Source: Camelus dromedarius (lineage: Eukaryota). From it: a stretch of DNA of 64,000 nt. The position numbers and the translations under genes were made by a program. Below the pieces are notes generated by a model. It was not told the origin of the DNA and made no database searches. It was given only the letters and a program-made list of their open reading frames with translations. Shown here piece by piece: positions 1 to 12,600 of the stretch (positions are counted from its first letter, which is position 1; the number at the start of each line of letters is the position of its first letter). The DNA lies in the NCBI RefSeq assembly GCF_036321535.1, contig NC_087437.1, positions 86,058,001-86,122,000 on the forward strand, in the 5' to 3' direction.

Positions 1-379
1 ATAAAAATAGCTTTAAATAAAGAATACATGGCACTGTAGTCACAAAGGTTAGAACAAGTTGCTTCTAGGTAACTTTTTCTATTTAACTGTCTTTTCCAAC
101 CTCAAGTTATTCCAGACCATCAGGTAAGATAGAGTACCTATGCCAGACATCCCTGACCTTACATGTATTTCCTTTTCTTCTCCTGAAACCTTTCACCTGG
201 GACTTTATCCTGCCATTTCTAACAGATAAATGGGGGAAAACTCAAGTGCACATTCTCAACACCTACCTGGTTGTTACATTCTGTATACTTCTGGAATCAT
301 CACATGGTAAGATGGGAAGTTAAACAACACTCTCCTAAATACAGATGATAAATGGAAATCTGTTTTAGTGGTTGGGGGT

Positions 380-590
380 GAAACCTAGATACCAAACCCA
401 GTCTCAAATCTTTAGCTGAGTAAACTTGAACAAGGTAGCCAACTCCCCTGACTCCATTTACCCACCTATGAAATAGGGATAAAAATATCTTACAGGATTG
501 TTGTGAGGATAGATGTGATAATTTATTTTTAAATGTGTTAGTTTTGTCATGCCTGGCATTTAGTAAGCATTCACTAATTTGTGGCTATTA
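380..590 (+). mobile_element. MIR SINE fragment
   Basis: Degenerate MIR core and tail (ttacaggattgttgtgaggat ... tgcctggcatttagtaagcattcactaatt). Confidence 0.7.
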
Positions 591-629
591 TTCTAGAGCT
601 CTCTTCATTTTCTCATGTTCCAGTTATAA

Positions 630-810
630 ACATAGACTTTCAAGTCAGCCAGACCTAGGTTCAAATAATACTATGTAGTATAAGATATTTGCAATAGGCT
701 TCACCCTCCTGAATCTCAATTTATTCATCTGTTTTCTCAAAAATGTTTTGAGGACTAAATGAACTACTGACCATAGAATACCTAATGTACAACCTAGAAC
801 TTAATAGTTA
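630..810 (+). mobile_element. MIR SINE fragment
   Basis: agacctaggttcaaat ... ctgaatctcaatttattcatctgt ... gaggactaaatga follows the MIR consensus order. Confidence 0.6.
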
Positions 811-909
811 CTCTGTAAGTGGTGGTTTCTCCCCTCATTTCCATTAATATATATCTCAGCTAATATATAAATGTGGTCAATATATAATCATCATAAATCT
901 AAATAGTAA

Positions 910-1335
910 TGTTCACTGGTCACCATCCATTCCCAGCTCTACTCCTCATTGCCTGCCTACACTGGAAAACCAGTTGGAAACATGATGGCCCTAGTTCTGG
1001 CAAATGAGATGTTAGAAAAGGAAACAGGTTTTCTTGGAAGGCTTTTCTTTTTCCTAATAAAAGTGACAGAGGAGGCTCACTCCATTCCTTCCCTCCTTCT
1101 ACATGTGTTAACTCAGTTCAGGATTTCTGGACCTGCAATAACCATCTTGAGACCAGAGGAGGAAGGACAGTACAATTTTAGAGACAGAAACCCTAACACC
1201 GTTATAGATAAACCAATGCTACCAACTGCCTACTCAGCATGTCTTGTTAACCAAGGTAATAGCTATTTAGTTTGGAGAGGTAAATATTGGCTGGGTTTTC
1301 TGCTACTTTTAAAGTGGTACATCTTGATAAAGACA
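910..1335 (+). mobile_element. Ancient MaLR LTR (MLT1J/K/L-like)
   Basis: MLT1 motifs agttctggcaaatgagatgt, accatcttgagaccagagg and ctgggttttctgctact. The 157-aa ORF at 949-1422 is a chance product of this LTR plus the adjacent microsatellite. Confidence 0.6.
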
Positions 1336-1363
1336 GTAAATTTCCCCCTGTCTACAAATTTTT

Positions 1364-1421
1364 TATATATATATATGTGTGTATATATATATATACATAC
1401 ATATATATGTATATATATATA
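1364..1421. repeat. Compound (TA)n/(TG)/(CA) microsatellite
   Basis: Directly visible dinucleotide array. Confidence 0.95.
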
Positions 1422-1669
1422 AAACCTTCACCCTTGCTACTAATTTGAATTTTTTTTTAATTTTGCTATGTGTGCCTCTGACCAGATGCTTCTTTATTCT
1501 TTATCCTAATATTTCTGGGAATGATAATATAATATAACAGACAGATAACTGTGTATTTCCTTATGTTTCCTAACTCTCAATACTTCATGAATTCTCTTGT
1601 TCTTAAACTTCAGAAGAGGGAAAGCTAGATACATATAACATGTATAATATTGAATCTTGGAGCAACGCT

Positions 1670-1800
1670 TTGAAGTAGGTTCCATTATTATCACCCCCAT
1701 TTTATAGATGAGAAAACTGAGGAATTAAGAGGTTTAAATTCCCTTAATTTGTAAGAGGTGAACCCAGGCAATATGGATTCTAGTTTATACTATAAAGGCC
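1670..1800 (-). mobile_element. MIR SINE fragment
   Basis: attattatcacccccattttatagatgagaaaactgagg is the reverse MIR core. Confidence 0.8.
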
Positions 1801-1959
1801 TCCTATTTTTTATCAGTAAAAGAAGATGGCTTGACTAGATTAGCTTCTAAATTTTCTTTCACATCTAATTTTACACTTCTTTGAGAATATTAACTGCCAG
1901 TTTCTCCTGGTTCTGCTGTCCCCAACACCATAATTAGAGAAAAATACCATCAATGGGAA

Positions 1960-2210
1960 GAGAGTTTAGCATAGACCATGGCTTTAGACATCACCTGGGT
2001 TTCAGTCCTGTCTTAGCCACTTTTATTACTTGTCTGACCATGAGAAATTTACTGAACCTCTCTGAGCCTAGTTCCCTCATTTGTGAAATTGTATACAATA
2101 CCACATAGATAGTGATATGATCTGAGGATTCAATGAGATTATCCCTACAAAGCACTTAACACACAGGGTCTGGGACACAATGCTCAACAAATAGTCATCA
2201 TTCTTGTTGT
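1960..2210 (+). mobile_element. MIR SINE, near full length
   Basis: cctgggtttcagtcctg ... aacctctctgagcctagttccctcatttgtgaaat ... aaagcacttaacaca ... tgctcaacaaat. Confidence 0.85.
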
Positions 2211-2579
2211 TATTACTATTATGTTAACCTCTGAAAACTCAATTTCAAGCAAGCTGGTGAGGATTTTCTTGTGAATTAAAAATCTGTTGTCATGAGGAAA
2301 CTATCACTGACATATTTGATAAATTTCATTAATCCTTATTCATAGTGTCATATTATAAAGTATTTTTCTTGAGATGCATATTCTCTCTTCCCAAGAATCC
2401 TGAAAAATGAACTTGAAATTCACTTTTATTTTACTAGGCCTATAGCAAAAGGAAAAAAAAAAGCTACCAATGATACTAGCAAAGTAACTTTTCCCAAATT
2501 TTCAATACTAGACAATAACTAGTTATGTGATAGGGTAGTAAAAACAGGCGAATTTCTTATCAAAGATTACATGAAAATG

Positions 2580-3193
2580 GCAGCACTATTTACGGTAGCC
2601 AAGACATGGAAACAATCTAAATGTCCATCGACAGATGATGGGATAAAGAAGTTGTGGTGTATATATATATACACACACACACACACACAATGGAATACTA
2701 CTCAGCCATAAAAAATAATACAATAATGTCATTTGCAGCAACATGGATGGACTTAGAGATTGTCATTCTAAGTGAAATAAGCCAGAAAGAGAAGAAAAAT
2801 ACCATATATCACTTATATGTGGAATCTTAAAAAAAAGACAAATGAACTTATTTGCAAAATAGAAACAGATCTCAGATATAGAGAACAAATTTGTGGTTAC
2901 TAGGGGGAAAGGCGGTGAGAGGGGATAAATTGAGAGTTAGACATTTGAAGATACTAGCTGATATATATACACATATATACAGACTAGATAAACAACAAGT
3001 TCATGCTGTATAGCGCAGGGAACTATATTCAGTATCTTGTAGTAACTTATGGTGAAAAAGAATATGAAAACAAATATATGTATGTTCATGTATGACTGAA
3101 GCATTGTGCTATACCAGAGATTGACACAACATTGTAAATTGACTATACTTCAATAAAAAAAAATATATATACCAAAAAAAAGAAAAAGAAAAA
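2580..3193 (+). mobile_element. 5'-truncated LINE-1 (ORF2 C-terminus, 3'UTR, A-rich tail)
   Basis: Begins in the ORF2 C-terminal region (gcagcactatttacggtagccaagacatggaaacaa, AALFTVAKTWKQ) and is colinear with 38920-39150. The 3'UTR ends aataaa plus an A-rich tail. An internal (TA)(CA) microsatellite lies at about 2660-2688. Confidence 0.95.
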
Positions 3194-3209
3194 GCTGGAT
3201 TCTATCCAA

Positions 3210-3420
3210 TTATCACATCCTAATAACACATATCCCAAGATGCTTAAGGAATTGATTAAAGCAATTATTGAGCTGCTAAATATTATTTATGAGTTCTTAG
3301 AGGACACAGTGCCTCTAATAGCAATAACTCATCGCCTTCCTTTTAGAAAGGGAAAGGACAATTCTGAAAGCAAAAAGCCAATCACCTTGACTAGCTGACC
3401 AACAGATTTGTAACCACAAT
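3210..3420 (+). mobile_element. CR1/L3 LINE fragment (RT region)
   Basis: cttaaggaattgattaaagcaattattgagctgcta ... ttttagaaagggaaagg ... gccaatcaccttgact resembles the CR1 ORF2 segment LKELA..IAEPL...FKKG...YRPVSLT. Confidence 0.5.
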
Positions 3421-5249
3421 CTTCAGAGCCTATTAAAGTCTTCTTAACCTTTCCCACATGCTTATCTACATCCCTCTTTTAACTCCAATTGAAGTATACA
3501 TATGTATGACATATTAATATGTAAATTATACATGTATACAATATAAATTTTACAAATTGGCTTGATTTTTGAGGAAGGGCTTAAGGGCTATAAAAAGCAA
3601 GCAGTTTTTGAACTACTATGACTAAAAAGACACAGGAAAAAAATCACCAAATTGTTTTAAATCAATAGAGAATAAATATTTTGATTTCCAAGGCTTTTGA
3701 TTTACAACCTTATATCAAACAAGAGTGTGTCCCGGGTGGAAGTGGGGTTTTATTCTCTGTTCTTTAATCGTGCCACTCAGAGCATTAATGCTTAGCTATT
3801 ATTGAAATCCAGAAGTCCAAAGCTGGGGTTTATCTAGTTAATAAGAATGAGGTAGTCAGCATCCCCACCATGACCGCCAGCCACAGAGTACAGCCACCAG
3901 AGTTTCTCAAGGACATTAGTGATCCATCATCACCAAGGTGTTTCCTTTTTAATGCCTTGTTGAGAAAGTGTTCCTGGCCCTCCAGATAGGTATGATTAGA
4001 GGAGTATCTGAGCAGTTTGTCCTATTAAATGAATTCAATATTGCTACCTCCCTGGGATTTTTAACTCCTCCTTCTGTAGTATGCCAGTTTCAGCATGAAC
4101 ACTTTTTGATGGTAGGCTACCAATGACTTTAGCCTACCATTTGCCAACTTAATTGATTAAAATCACTCCTAAGTGCTTAAATGAGCACATTAAATTCTGT
4201 AACTTTTGTGAGTATGTGTATATCAATCATTTTTGTCCAAACAAATAATACCCATAGAATCCACATTTACACATGCTCCTGATTCCTACTAATATAAACT
4301 GATGTGTTCCTACAACCCTTTGGATGTATAAGTTATACCCTTCCAGAGCATGCTTTGTGCGTCTTCATCTGGTCCACGTTGGGATCTAACTCTTATGCTG
4401 GGCAAAGGAGCTGTGAACAAAAGTGGCAGTAAGTACCAAGGAGAACTGGCACTTCTTTGTGGGACACAATGCCTGGGAGCAGTCATTAGAAGTTTCATTC
4501 AAGAAGAGTCCTGTTACTTTAGATAGCGTAGGGAGGAAAGACTCTTTTACACCCAAGGGAATGAGCCTTGAATTGGCACTACCACCCTGCAGCCCTTACA
4601 GTCAGGCCTTGGGCTTTGTTCTCAGCCGTATCTGCCTTGTGACTACAGGAAATGAAAGACTCCCTCAAAGATGCCCTTGAAGACTTCTGATTTCCATCTT
4701 ATACTTTGGGTTGTGTTTTTATGACCTTGACCTTGTCCCTTTTACCCTGTATGATCCCCAGGGCTTCAGAAACAGCCAGCTGATCCACAATCTTTATAGT
4801 CACTCTTGCTATCATAAGACCAGGAGCCACAGCATTTGATCTCCTAATCCCTTGCTTTCTACTTGCAGTTAAGCCTGTGCTACATGAGTGAAAATCTGAG
4901 TAATGATAAAGACACGGTAAGCCATTCTTCCCTAACCAACAGATTATCTATGAACTTCTCACATGTATGGAGCTATTCAATCCAAGAACCCATTTTTCAG
5001 GCCACCCCCACTACGAGACACTTTATCAGGCATATTCTGTCAGAAATCACTATCACTCTGAGCTTGTAGGGGCAGGGAGTGAGCAGTTATGAGAATGTGG
5101 AGCTGGAGCAACCAACTGCAGGGAGAGAGTTGAGTCTGTAAATGGCCTGACCTCACTCTGCTCCCACACAGGTGTCTTTGACTCTGAAGAAGTAAATAAA
5201 GATTATCCACAACACTTAACCTTAATGGGGAAGATATTTCAACAGGGAT

Positions 5250-5640
5250 CTTGTAGCTGAAAATTAGGAGTTTGGATTTCACTTTAAGCACAATGCAAAG
5301 CCACTTAAAAATTTTAAGCTTAAAAGTAGCATGGGATTTAATTGATATTCTTTGGCTGTTATATAGAAAGTGGGTTGAAGAGGGTCAAAAGGAAAGCAAG
5401 AGGATGAATTTGGATGTTATTGTAGTGGTTCAGGCAAGAGATTACGTTCACTTGTATTAGAAAGGTAGCAGCAGAGATGGATATAAGGATGTGACCTGAA
5501 ACACATTTTAGAGGTAAAACCAAGAGGATTTAGCGGTAAATATAATGTGGAGAATGAGAAAGAAAATGTCAAGTATGAATCTCAGTCTTCTGAACTCACT
5601 AACAAGCTAGAGGGTGGTGTAATTTACAGAGATCTGTTCG
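5250..5640 (-). mobile_element. L2 LINE fragment
   Basis: taggagtttggatttcactttaagcacaatgcaaagccac ... gtagtggttcaggcaagagat ... ttttagaggtaaaaccaagaggattt is typical antisense L2 ORF2. Confidence 0.75.
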
Positions 5641-7354
5641 ATATAAGCTACTTGAGAATTAAGTTTGGAAAATAAAAAATCCTTAAAGAGAAAAGAAAAA
5701 AATGTAGAGTATAAAAAGTCACACGAGCTGCACAGGTTTCCAGGAACAAAGCACATTTTATTATAGTCTGTTTCAGCATTTTGAAATCTAACTACAAATA
5801 GAAAAGTCGGCTTTATGGCTGTCTTCTGTCACTGGCAAATGGGAGCTTTCAGGGACGTCTGCTCACCTCTTTGAAATAAATGGTGTTAGTAACTAAAGGC
5901 AGTAGTTATTTGTGACAAGTGAATAGAATATTGATTTTATTATATTTTCCTCTGGTAATTTTTAAAGATACAGTCATAAGAAGGTAGGTTCCAGGCCTAA
6001 TCATTTGAAAATAACAGCAGAATCAATTTACTGTTAACGAACCCATTCTCAATATTTACAGCTCCCGAGTTTATTTGGCTGAAGTTTACGTATCTTCCAT
6101 TAGTTAAAATTTTATTAACTCTTTCCAGGATTATGCACCCCACAGAGAGCCTCAGGAATGAAACAGAATTTAAAGTTTTGATGTCTGCCTTATCCACTTC
6201 CCAAAATTTCTGAATATTTTAACTTACTAGCTTTCCTGATAGAAAGCTGGTCATGCCTTCTAATAATAAAATCTTAAAAGACCCATGTTTCTTCTATTTT
6301 CCACGCTAATTAAAGCCACTTACACTAGGATATCAGAGAACAACAACCTCCCTAAACCTGACAGGCCAGCTGCTAGTTGCAACAGTGGTTCCTTCCGGTA
6401 CCATCAAACAGGTAATTTTGTCAGTGCATTTTTCAGGACCTTTAGCAGGGAATCTTGGTAACTATAGTGCCAACTGGGACAAGTCCTGGTTTAAGTCCTT
6501 ATTAATGGTGCCCAGAAAAAAATGAGTAAAGCCTGTCGAAAGCAGCTACTATAAACCACTTCAGTTAAGAAGACTAGTGCCTAGAACTTCATGGCAAAAA
6601 TGTCCAAAAATTGCTATGTCCAGAAAACACATCATCTGATGACTCCTTTGCCTCTTTGGAGGTTAGACTGCTCTGGAACAGTTTAAGTTCCTGTATTTAA
6701 AGTTTTTGAATTACACAATTCATGATGCTTTGACTCCTAAGCCCGACCAAAAGTTGTTATGTGAGCAAAGTAACTAAGAGCTGGACCTTTGGAATTAATG
6801 TTGATGTTGATTTGGTCATGTGATCTGAAACTCTGGACTAGGATTTCTTTTTTTTTTTTTTTTTTTCCCCGTTATACAATCTGCAGCTCTGAATTCACTG
6901 AACTAGGAGTGGGTGCTGACCTCTAGAGGCTGGCCAATAAAGGCGCAGGTTTTGACTAGCAGATTAAATCAGACCTCTCAGTCTATGTGGGAGGCACAGG
7001 CAGGAATTCAGACAGTAGAGTAGAGACACACCTCGAAAGTCAGCTGTTGTTGGTAAGAACACGGAAGCAAACTCACAACAGATATTAAGGACATAAAGTG
7101 ACTAGTCAAAAACAAGACAGTTTTCTAGAGCTGCTTTGTGGAATCAAAGACAATCTATTTATCTATGAATCTCCAGCCCTAAAACTACAGAGACTGGTTC
7201 CTGTTTTTTCTTATTTTCCAGTGTATCTTTCCTATGAACTATCACCCAAAGTTTTTCAATTATATCTTGATTCCTTAACACCTAAACCCCTTAACACAAG
7301 TCCTTTTTTGATAATTATTTTTAAAAACATATTCTCAGTAAATCATCACTTTCG

Positions 7355-7550
7355 ATGTATTAAGTGGGCACACTGTCTTTGAAGTAGAATATCCTGAATT
7401 CAAAGTATGGCCTTTCTATTTACCTACTAGATTTTGCCTAAATTATTTAACCTCTCTGATCTTACAGGTTTCTCATGTGTGAATGAAAGATGAGATCAAT
7501 GTCACAGTTGTAAAGTTTAAGTAAAATCTTGCATGTAAAGTATTTAACAA
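7355..7550 (+). mobile_element. MIR SINE fragment
   Basis: cctgaattcaaa ... aaattatttaacctctctga ... gcatgtaaagtatttaac. Confidence 0.6.
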
Positions 7551-7569
7551 AAGATACTTTCTTATTATA

Positions 7570-8146
7570 GAATATTATATTTTCTAAAGATGGCTGGCAT
7601 GTATATATGCTATTTGATCAATCCCACACTGTCTTCTCATAGTATGATATTGGCACTCCTTTATCTAGAGGGGGTCTATTTTACTTCCCTTTGAAACTGG
7701 GTGGATCGTTGTAGCCATCTTAACACAAAGAAGGTAGTGGCAGTGGCACTGCTTGACTTCTGAAGCCAGACCATAAAAGCTGATATAGCTTCTGCCTGGC
7801 TCTTACTCTCTCTTGAAACTCTTACCCTTTGAACCCAACCACCATGTTGTAAGGAAGCCCAGGATACGTGGAAAGTCCCTGTGTAGACATTCCAGCTGAA
7901 AGTTCCAGCTAAGGTCCCAGTTGACCGCCATCATTAGCCAGCAGACACATGAGTGAAGGACCCTTTAGATCATATTATCTCTCAGCTTAGAGTCTTCCAG
8001 GTGAGACTTCAGACATCCCAGAGCAGAGACAAGTCATCTCCACTGTGCCCTTTCCAAATGTTTTTAATCTATGAGCTAAAATAAATCACTGTTCTACACT
8101 ACTAAGTATTAGGGTTACTTATTACACAGCATAATAACCAGAATAC
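7570..8146 (+). mobile_element. MaLR LTR (MLT1G/H-like)
   Basis: ccctttgaaactgggtgg, tgacttctgaagccagaccataaaag and ccaccatgttgtaaggaagcccagg. The 3' end reads ctactaagtattagggttacttattacacagcataataaccagaatac. Confidence 0.85.
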
Positions 8147-9199
8147 TTGATAATTGGTAATCAGTATATGATATTATTATGTCAGAGCTCCTCAAATATG
8201 ATGGTATAACATTATTATAATTATCAGCATTTTCATCATCATTATCATCCTTCTCATTACTATTTCTTACGGGTCCATATTTTATTGATGGAAACACAAA
8301 GTCAAGGGGAATAGCATAACTCAATTTATTTAAAGATTCTTTAAGCTTAACTTTCCTGGAGCACATCCTCCCTTAAGAGGAGAGCACCTTTAGTGTTTAT
8401 GTTTTCTTGACACTGAAGGCCTGAGTCAGGAGAAATTTCCAGAAGTGTATGACAAGCTGTTTGTGTTTGAGGGCTTAATTTTAATTATGCTGAACAATCA
8501 GGAGAATTGAAAGAAAATGCTGTAAAGACAAGCATTTTTTGTAACTTCCCAAACACAATGCATATTTAATGTGCCTAACTTTTTATACCAGCTATAGGGA
8601 GCAAAAAAACACAATGATCTAGACAAGCTCTTTCAACAGCAAAAAGATGCTTCTTGATGATAATCATCAGCAAGACAATTTGCTCTTATTTATTTATACA
8701 GAATTAATAGAATTGCTTTTAAAAAGCAAAACTTTTGCTCTTAGCGAGAAAGTGTATGTGACAATATTTTTTCATGGGTACCAAGGACTGACAGATGCTG
8801 GTAATGTGGTCAACTGCCTGGCTGATTCCTACCTCTTCCTTGGGTTAATGAGCTTTTTATGGTTATATTTCATTCTCCCACTTTTCACCCTCAATTGTCT
8901 TTCATTTCCACCTTCTTGCTGAAACTTATAAAGGCAAAATTCCTTTTTAAATATATGAAATAGGCCTATTTTATTGAAGGAATAGTGCCAGTGTCAAGAA
9001 GTAAAGATAAGAACCAAAGGTGGAACTAGAAACCTGGAATTGTGAAATAGGTGCAATTCTGAACAGTCCTGCACAACTTGGACTTTGATAAATAATACGT
9101 TAGATACACTGTTAAAGAGTTTGATACCGAAAGAAATTCTTATTAAATCTGTTTATTTTATGAATATAACGTTCAAATATTTTTCTTATTTAAGATAAG

Positions 9200-9630
9200 C
9201 AATGCATAGAGTTGAAAATTGATAGCTTGTAAAAATTTAATTACAGATGAATAAAAAGTCTTAATGTAAAAGATTAAAGTAAAAACCAAAAAGTATTATA
9301 TTTTTATATGGAAAAATATTTATCTGTTTTTGGATAAATGAAGAGATTTTTTAAATGTTTATAACCATAAGGAGATCTTTAAAAATAGACTGATGGATCT
9401 GGTTGTCATAAATATTTGAAACTTATACTCATAAAATGGGAAATTCAAATTAATTTAAAAAGAAGATGGAAAAGGGAAAAAAGCAATTGCAACATATACA
9501 ATAATTTCATGTATATGTACATATATAAATGTATAAAGAGACCAAGAGATAAGATAGAAAGAAGGTGCCTACAAAGCAAACACAGTAAAAGAAAAATGTG
9601 TCAAGATGTAAAGACTGAAATTTTCTTGTA
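9200..9630 (+). mobile_element. Very old L1 (L1ME-like) ORF2 3' fragment
   Basis: A-rich degenerate sequence resembling the late ORF2 of ancient L1s. Weak. Confidence 0.4.
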
Positions 9631-9639
9631 TTAAAAGTT

Positions 9640-12600
9640 CCAAGAGGAAGACATTAGAAAGAGAATGGAATATCAGGCTCTTGTCTCTCCCTCCTCCCAT
9701 GGAATACACCAAATAAACAGCTAAATAAGGATTAATTCCCTCTGAAATAAATGCAGAAACTAGTTGACTGACTCCTACACATCAGGCAGCTGAGAAAATA
9801 ACCCACATTGAAGTGTGTAGGACAAGTGGAGACATGCTCACACCATAAATCCCACCACCTGCACAGTACCTTACAATCAGTGGGGAATTTCCGATGCCCA
9901 GCTTCTCCCTGAGAAGTAAAGGGTTTGGAACACAGAACTAGTGCCTCTGACTTTTATGACTGCCACCTGAGGACTGGCTTGGAACTCACCCAGCTCTGAG
10001 AGCCAACAGGGCTCAGCATTTGTAAGTTCCCCAGTAGCACAGAAAAAAACAGTGGGTTTTTAAATGGGCTCATGAGCACCTCTCACAGCTACTCCCACAG
10101 GCTCAGAACAGAGGGAGCAGGCAAAAATACCCAGCTCCCAGTTCCTCCTAGGAAGGGATTTGACTACGTATTTTCCAGCTGCTTCCTAAGGGTTGTGCTT
10201 CTAATCAGCCTGCATCTGGGAGCTCACTGGGCTTCTCTTGGAGCCTGAAAGTGTCTGTGGGCATTTCCCACACCTTCTTCCCTAGGCTTAATCCAAAGAT
10301 AAAACCATGTCTCCAGCTTTACCTAGAAGAATCTAGCTCATACATCTATTGCCCCAACTTCTACAACTGCTACCTGCTAGCTCCTAGATCACCTAATTCT
10401 GGGAACTAACAGGACTTGGCATTTACAGGTCCCCCAGGACCAAAGGGAACAAAGATGAAGTTTTATGTTGTTACACAATCAGTCCCAGTCGCTATTACTA
10501 CAGGCTTAACACAAAACAAGTAAACAAAAAAACCTGGTTCCTAGTTTCTCCCTGATAGAGGCTAGACTGCATATCTAACATTCTGACTTTCCCAGCTGCT
10601 GCCTAAAAGTTTAGCTTCCAATTAACATGCATTTGGGATCTGACAGGGCAGGCAATTAGCAGTCCTCTGCGAGTCTGAACGGGATTGTAGGCATTTTCTC
10701 CACCTTCTGTGCAGTGACAGGACTTGGCACACACAAATCTCCTAGGGCCACTAAGAACAAAGATAGCAATTTGAACAAACACAAAGGTGTAAGAAGCACC
10801 CAGTTTCTCAGTCCAGGCCAATTGACAAGCTTTATTTTTCACGTGAAGCTGGTCTTTCAACACTGGAAGAGGTAGTTATTTCATGTAATGCAAAGAAACC
10901 AACAGAGAGTCAAGAAAATGAAGAAATAGGAGACTATGTTCCAAACAAAAGAACAAGATAAATCTCTAGCAACTGACTTTAATGAAAAGGAGACAAGTGA
11001 TTTATCCAAGAGAGAGGATTCAAAATGAGTCATAAAGATGTTTACTGAAATCAGGAAAGCAATGGATGAACAAAGTGAGAATTTTAACAAAGAAATAGAA
11101 AATATAAATGAGAACGAAACCAAAGTCATAAACCTGGTGACTAAAATAATGGAACTGAAATATTCAATAGAAGGATTCAAACAATAGACTAGAGCAAACA
11201 GAAGAAAGGATCAGCAAACTTGAAGACAGGTCAGTGAAAACCACCCAATCAGAGAAGCAAAAAGAAAAAAGAATGAAATAGAGTAAAGAAAGCACAAGGG
11301 ACTTATGGCACACTATCAATGGAAGAATATATGCAATATAGAAGTCCCAGAAAGAGGATGGAGAGAGAAAGTGGCAAAAAGCTTATTCAGAGAAATAATG
11401 ACTGAAAACTTCCAAATCTGGAGAAAGAAGTAAACATACAAATCCAGGAAACAACAACAACAAAAAAATTTCAATAAGATGAATCCACAGAGACCCACCC
11501 TAGGATACATTGTAATCAAGTTGTCTAAGTTTAAAGAAAAAAACAGAATTTTGAAAGCAACAAGAAAAAGGCACTTTGTTGCCTGCAAGGGAACCAATGA
11601 GCAGAAACCCAGCAGGCCAGAACAGAGTGGCAAGGTATATTTAAGGGGCTGAGATAAAAAACATCCAACCATGAATACTTTGCCCAGCAATGTTGTCTTC
11701 AGATTTGAAGGAGAGAGAAAGATTTTTCTAGACACCCCCCGGCAAAAAAAAAAGGCTGAAGGAGTTCATCACCAGTAGACTTGCCTTATAAGAAATGCTA
11801 AAGGGAGTTCTTCAAGCTGAAACAAAAGGGTGCTAATTAGTAATATAAAAGTATAAGACTCACTGGTAAAGGTAGATATATAATCAAATTCAGAATAATA
11901 TTGTAATGGTAGTATGTAAATCACTTTTACCTCTAGTATAAAGGTTAAAGGCAAAAGTATTAAAAAATACCTATAGCTACAATAACTTGTTAGTGGATAC
12001 ATAATACAAAAAGATATAAATTACAACATCAAAAACACAAAATAGGGGAGTGTAAAAATGTACAGCTTTTGTATGCATTTGAAGTTAAGTTGTTATCAGC
12101 TTAAAATAGACTTTTATAACTATAAAATGTTTACTTAAGCCTCATGATAACTACAAAGCCAAAATTTATAGTAAATACACAAAAGATAAAGAGAAAGAAA
12201 TCACAGCAGAAAATCATCAAAGCATAAAGGGAGACAGCAATAGAGTAAGCAAGGAACAAAGGACCTACAAAACATCCAGGAAACAATTAAATAAATGGCA
12301 ATAGTTAGCCCCCACCTATCAATATTCACTTTAAATATAAATAGCCTAAATTCTCCAATCAAAATATAGAGTGGCTGAATGGATTTAAAAAAAAAAAAAA
12401 GAAAATAACCTACTATATACTGCCTTCAAGAGATGCATTTTACACATAGACTAAAAACAAAAGTATGAAAAATAAATATTTTATGAAAATAAAAACCAAA
12501 AGAGAGTAAGGCAGCTATATTTAAATCAGAAAAAGTAGACTTTAAATCAAAATTGTAGCAAGAGACAAAGAAGATCATTATATAATGATAAAAGGGGCAA

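Noticed and set aside
80..130. Possible micro-exon (branch-like tttaac, pyrimidine tract, CAG|GTAAGA donor at 123)
   Set aside because: Too short to support from sequence alone, and the acceptor is ambiguous.
949..1422. 157-aa ORF
   Set aside because: It has a non-ATG start, lies in an MLT1 LTR and ends in a TA microsatellite.
4109..4140. Perfect 11-bp inverted repeat atggtaggcta/tagcctaccat with a 10-nt loop
   Set aside because: One such stem is roughly within chance expectation for 64 kb, and it has no supporting context.
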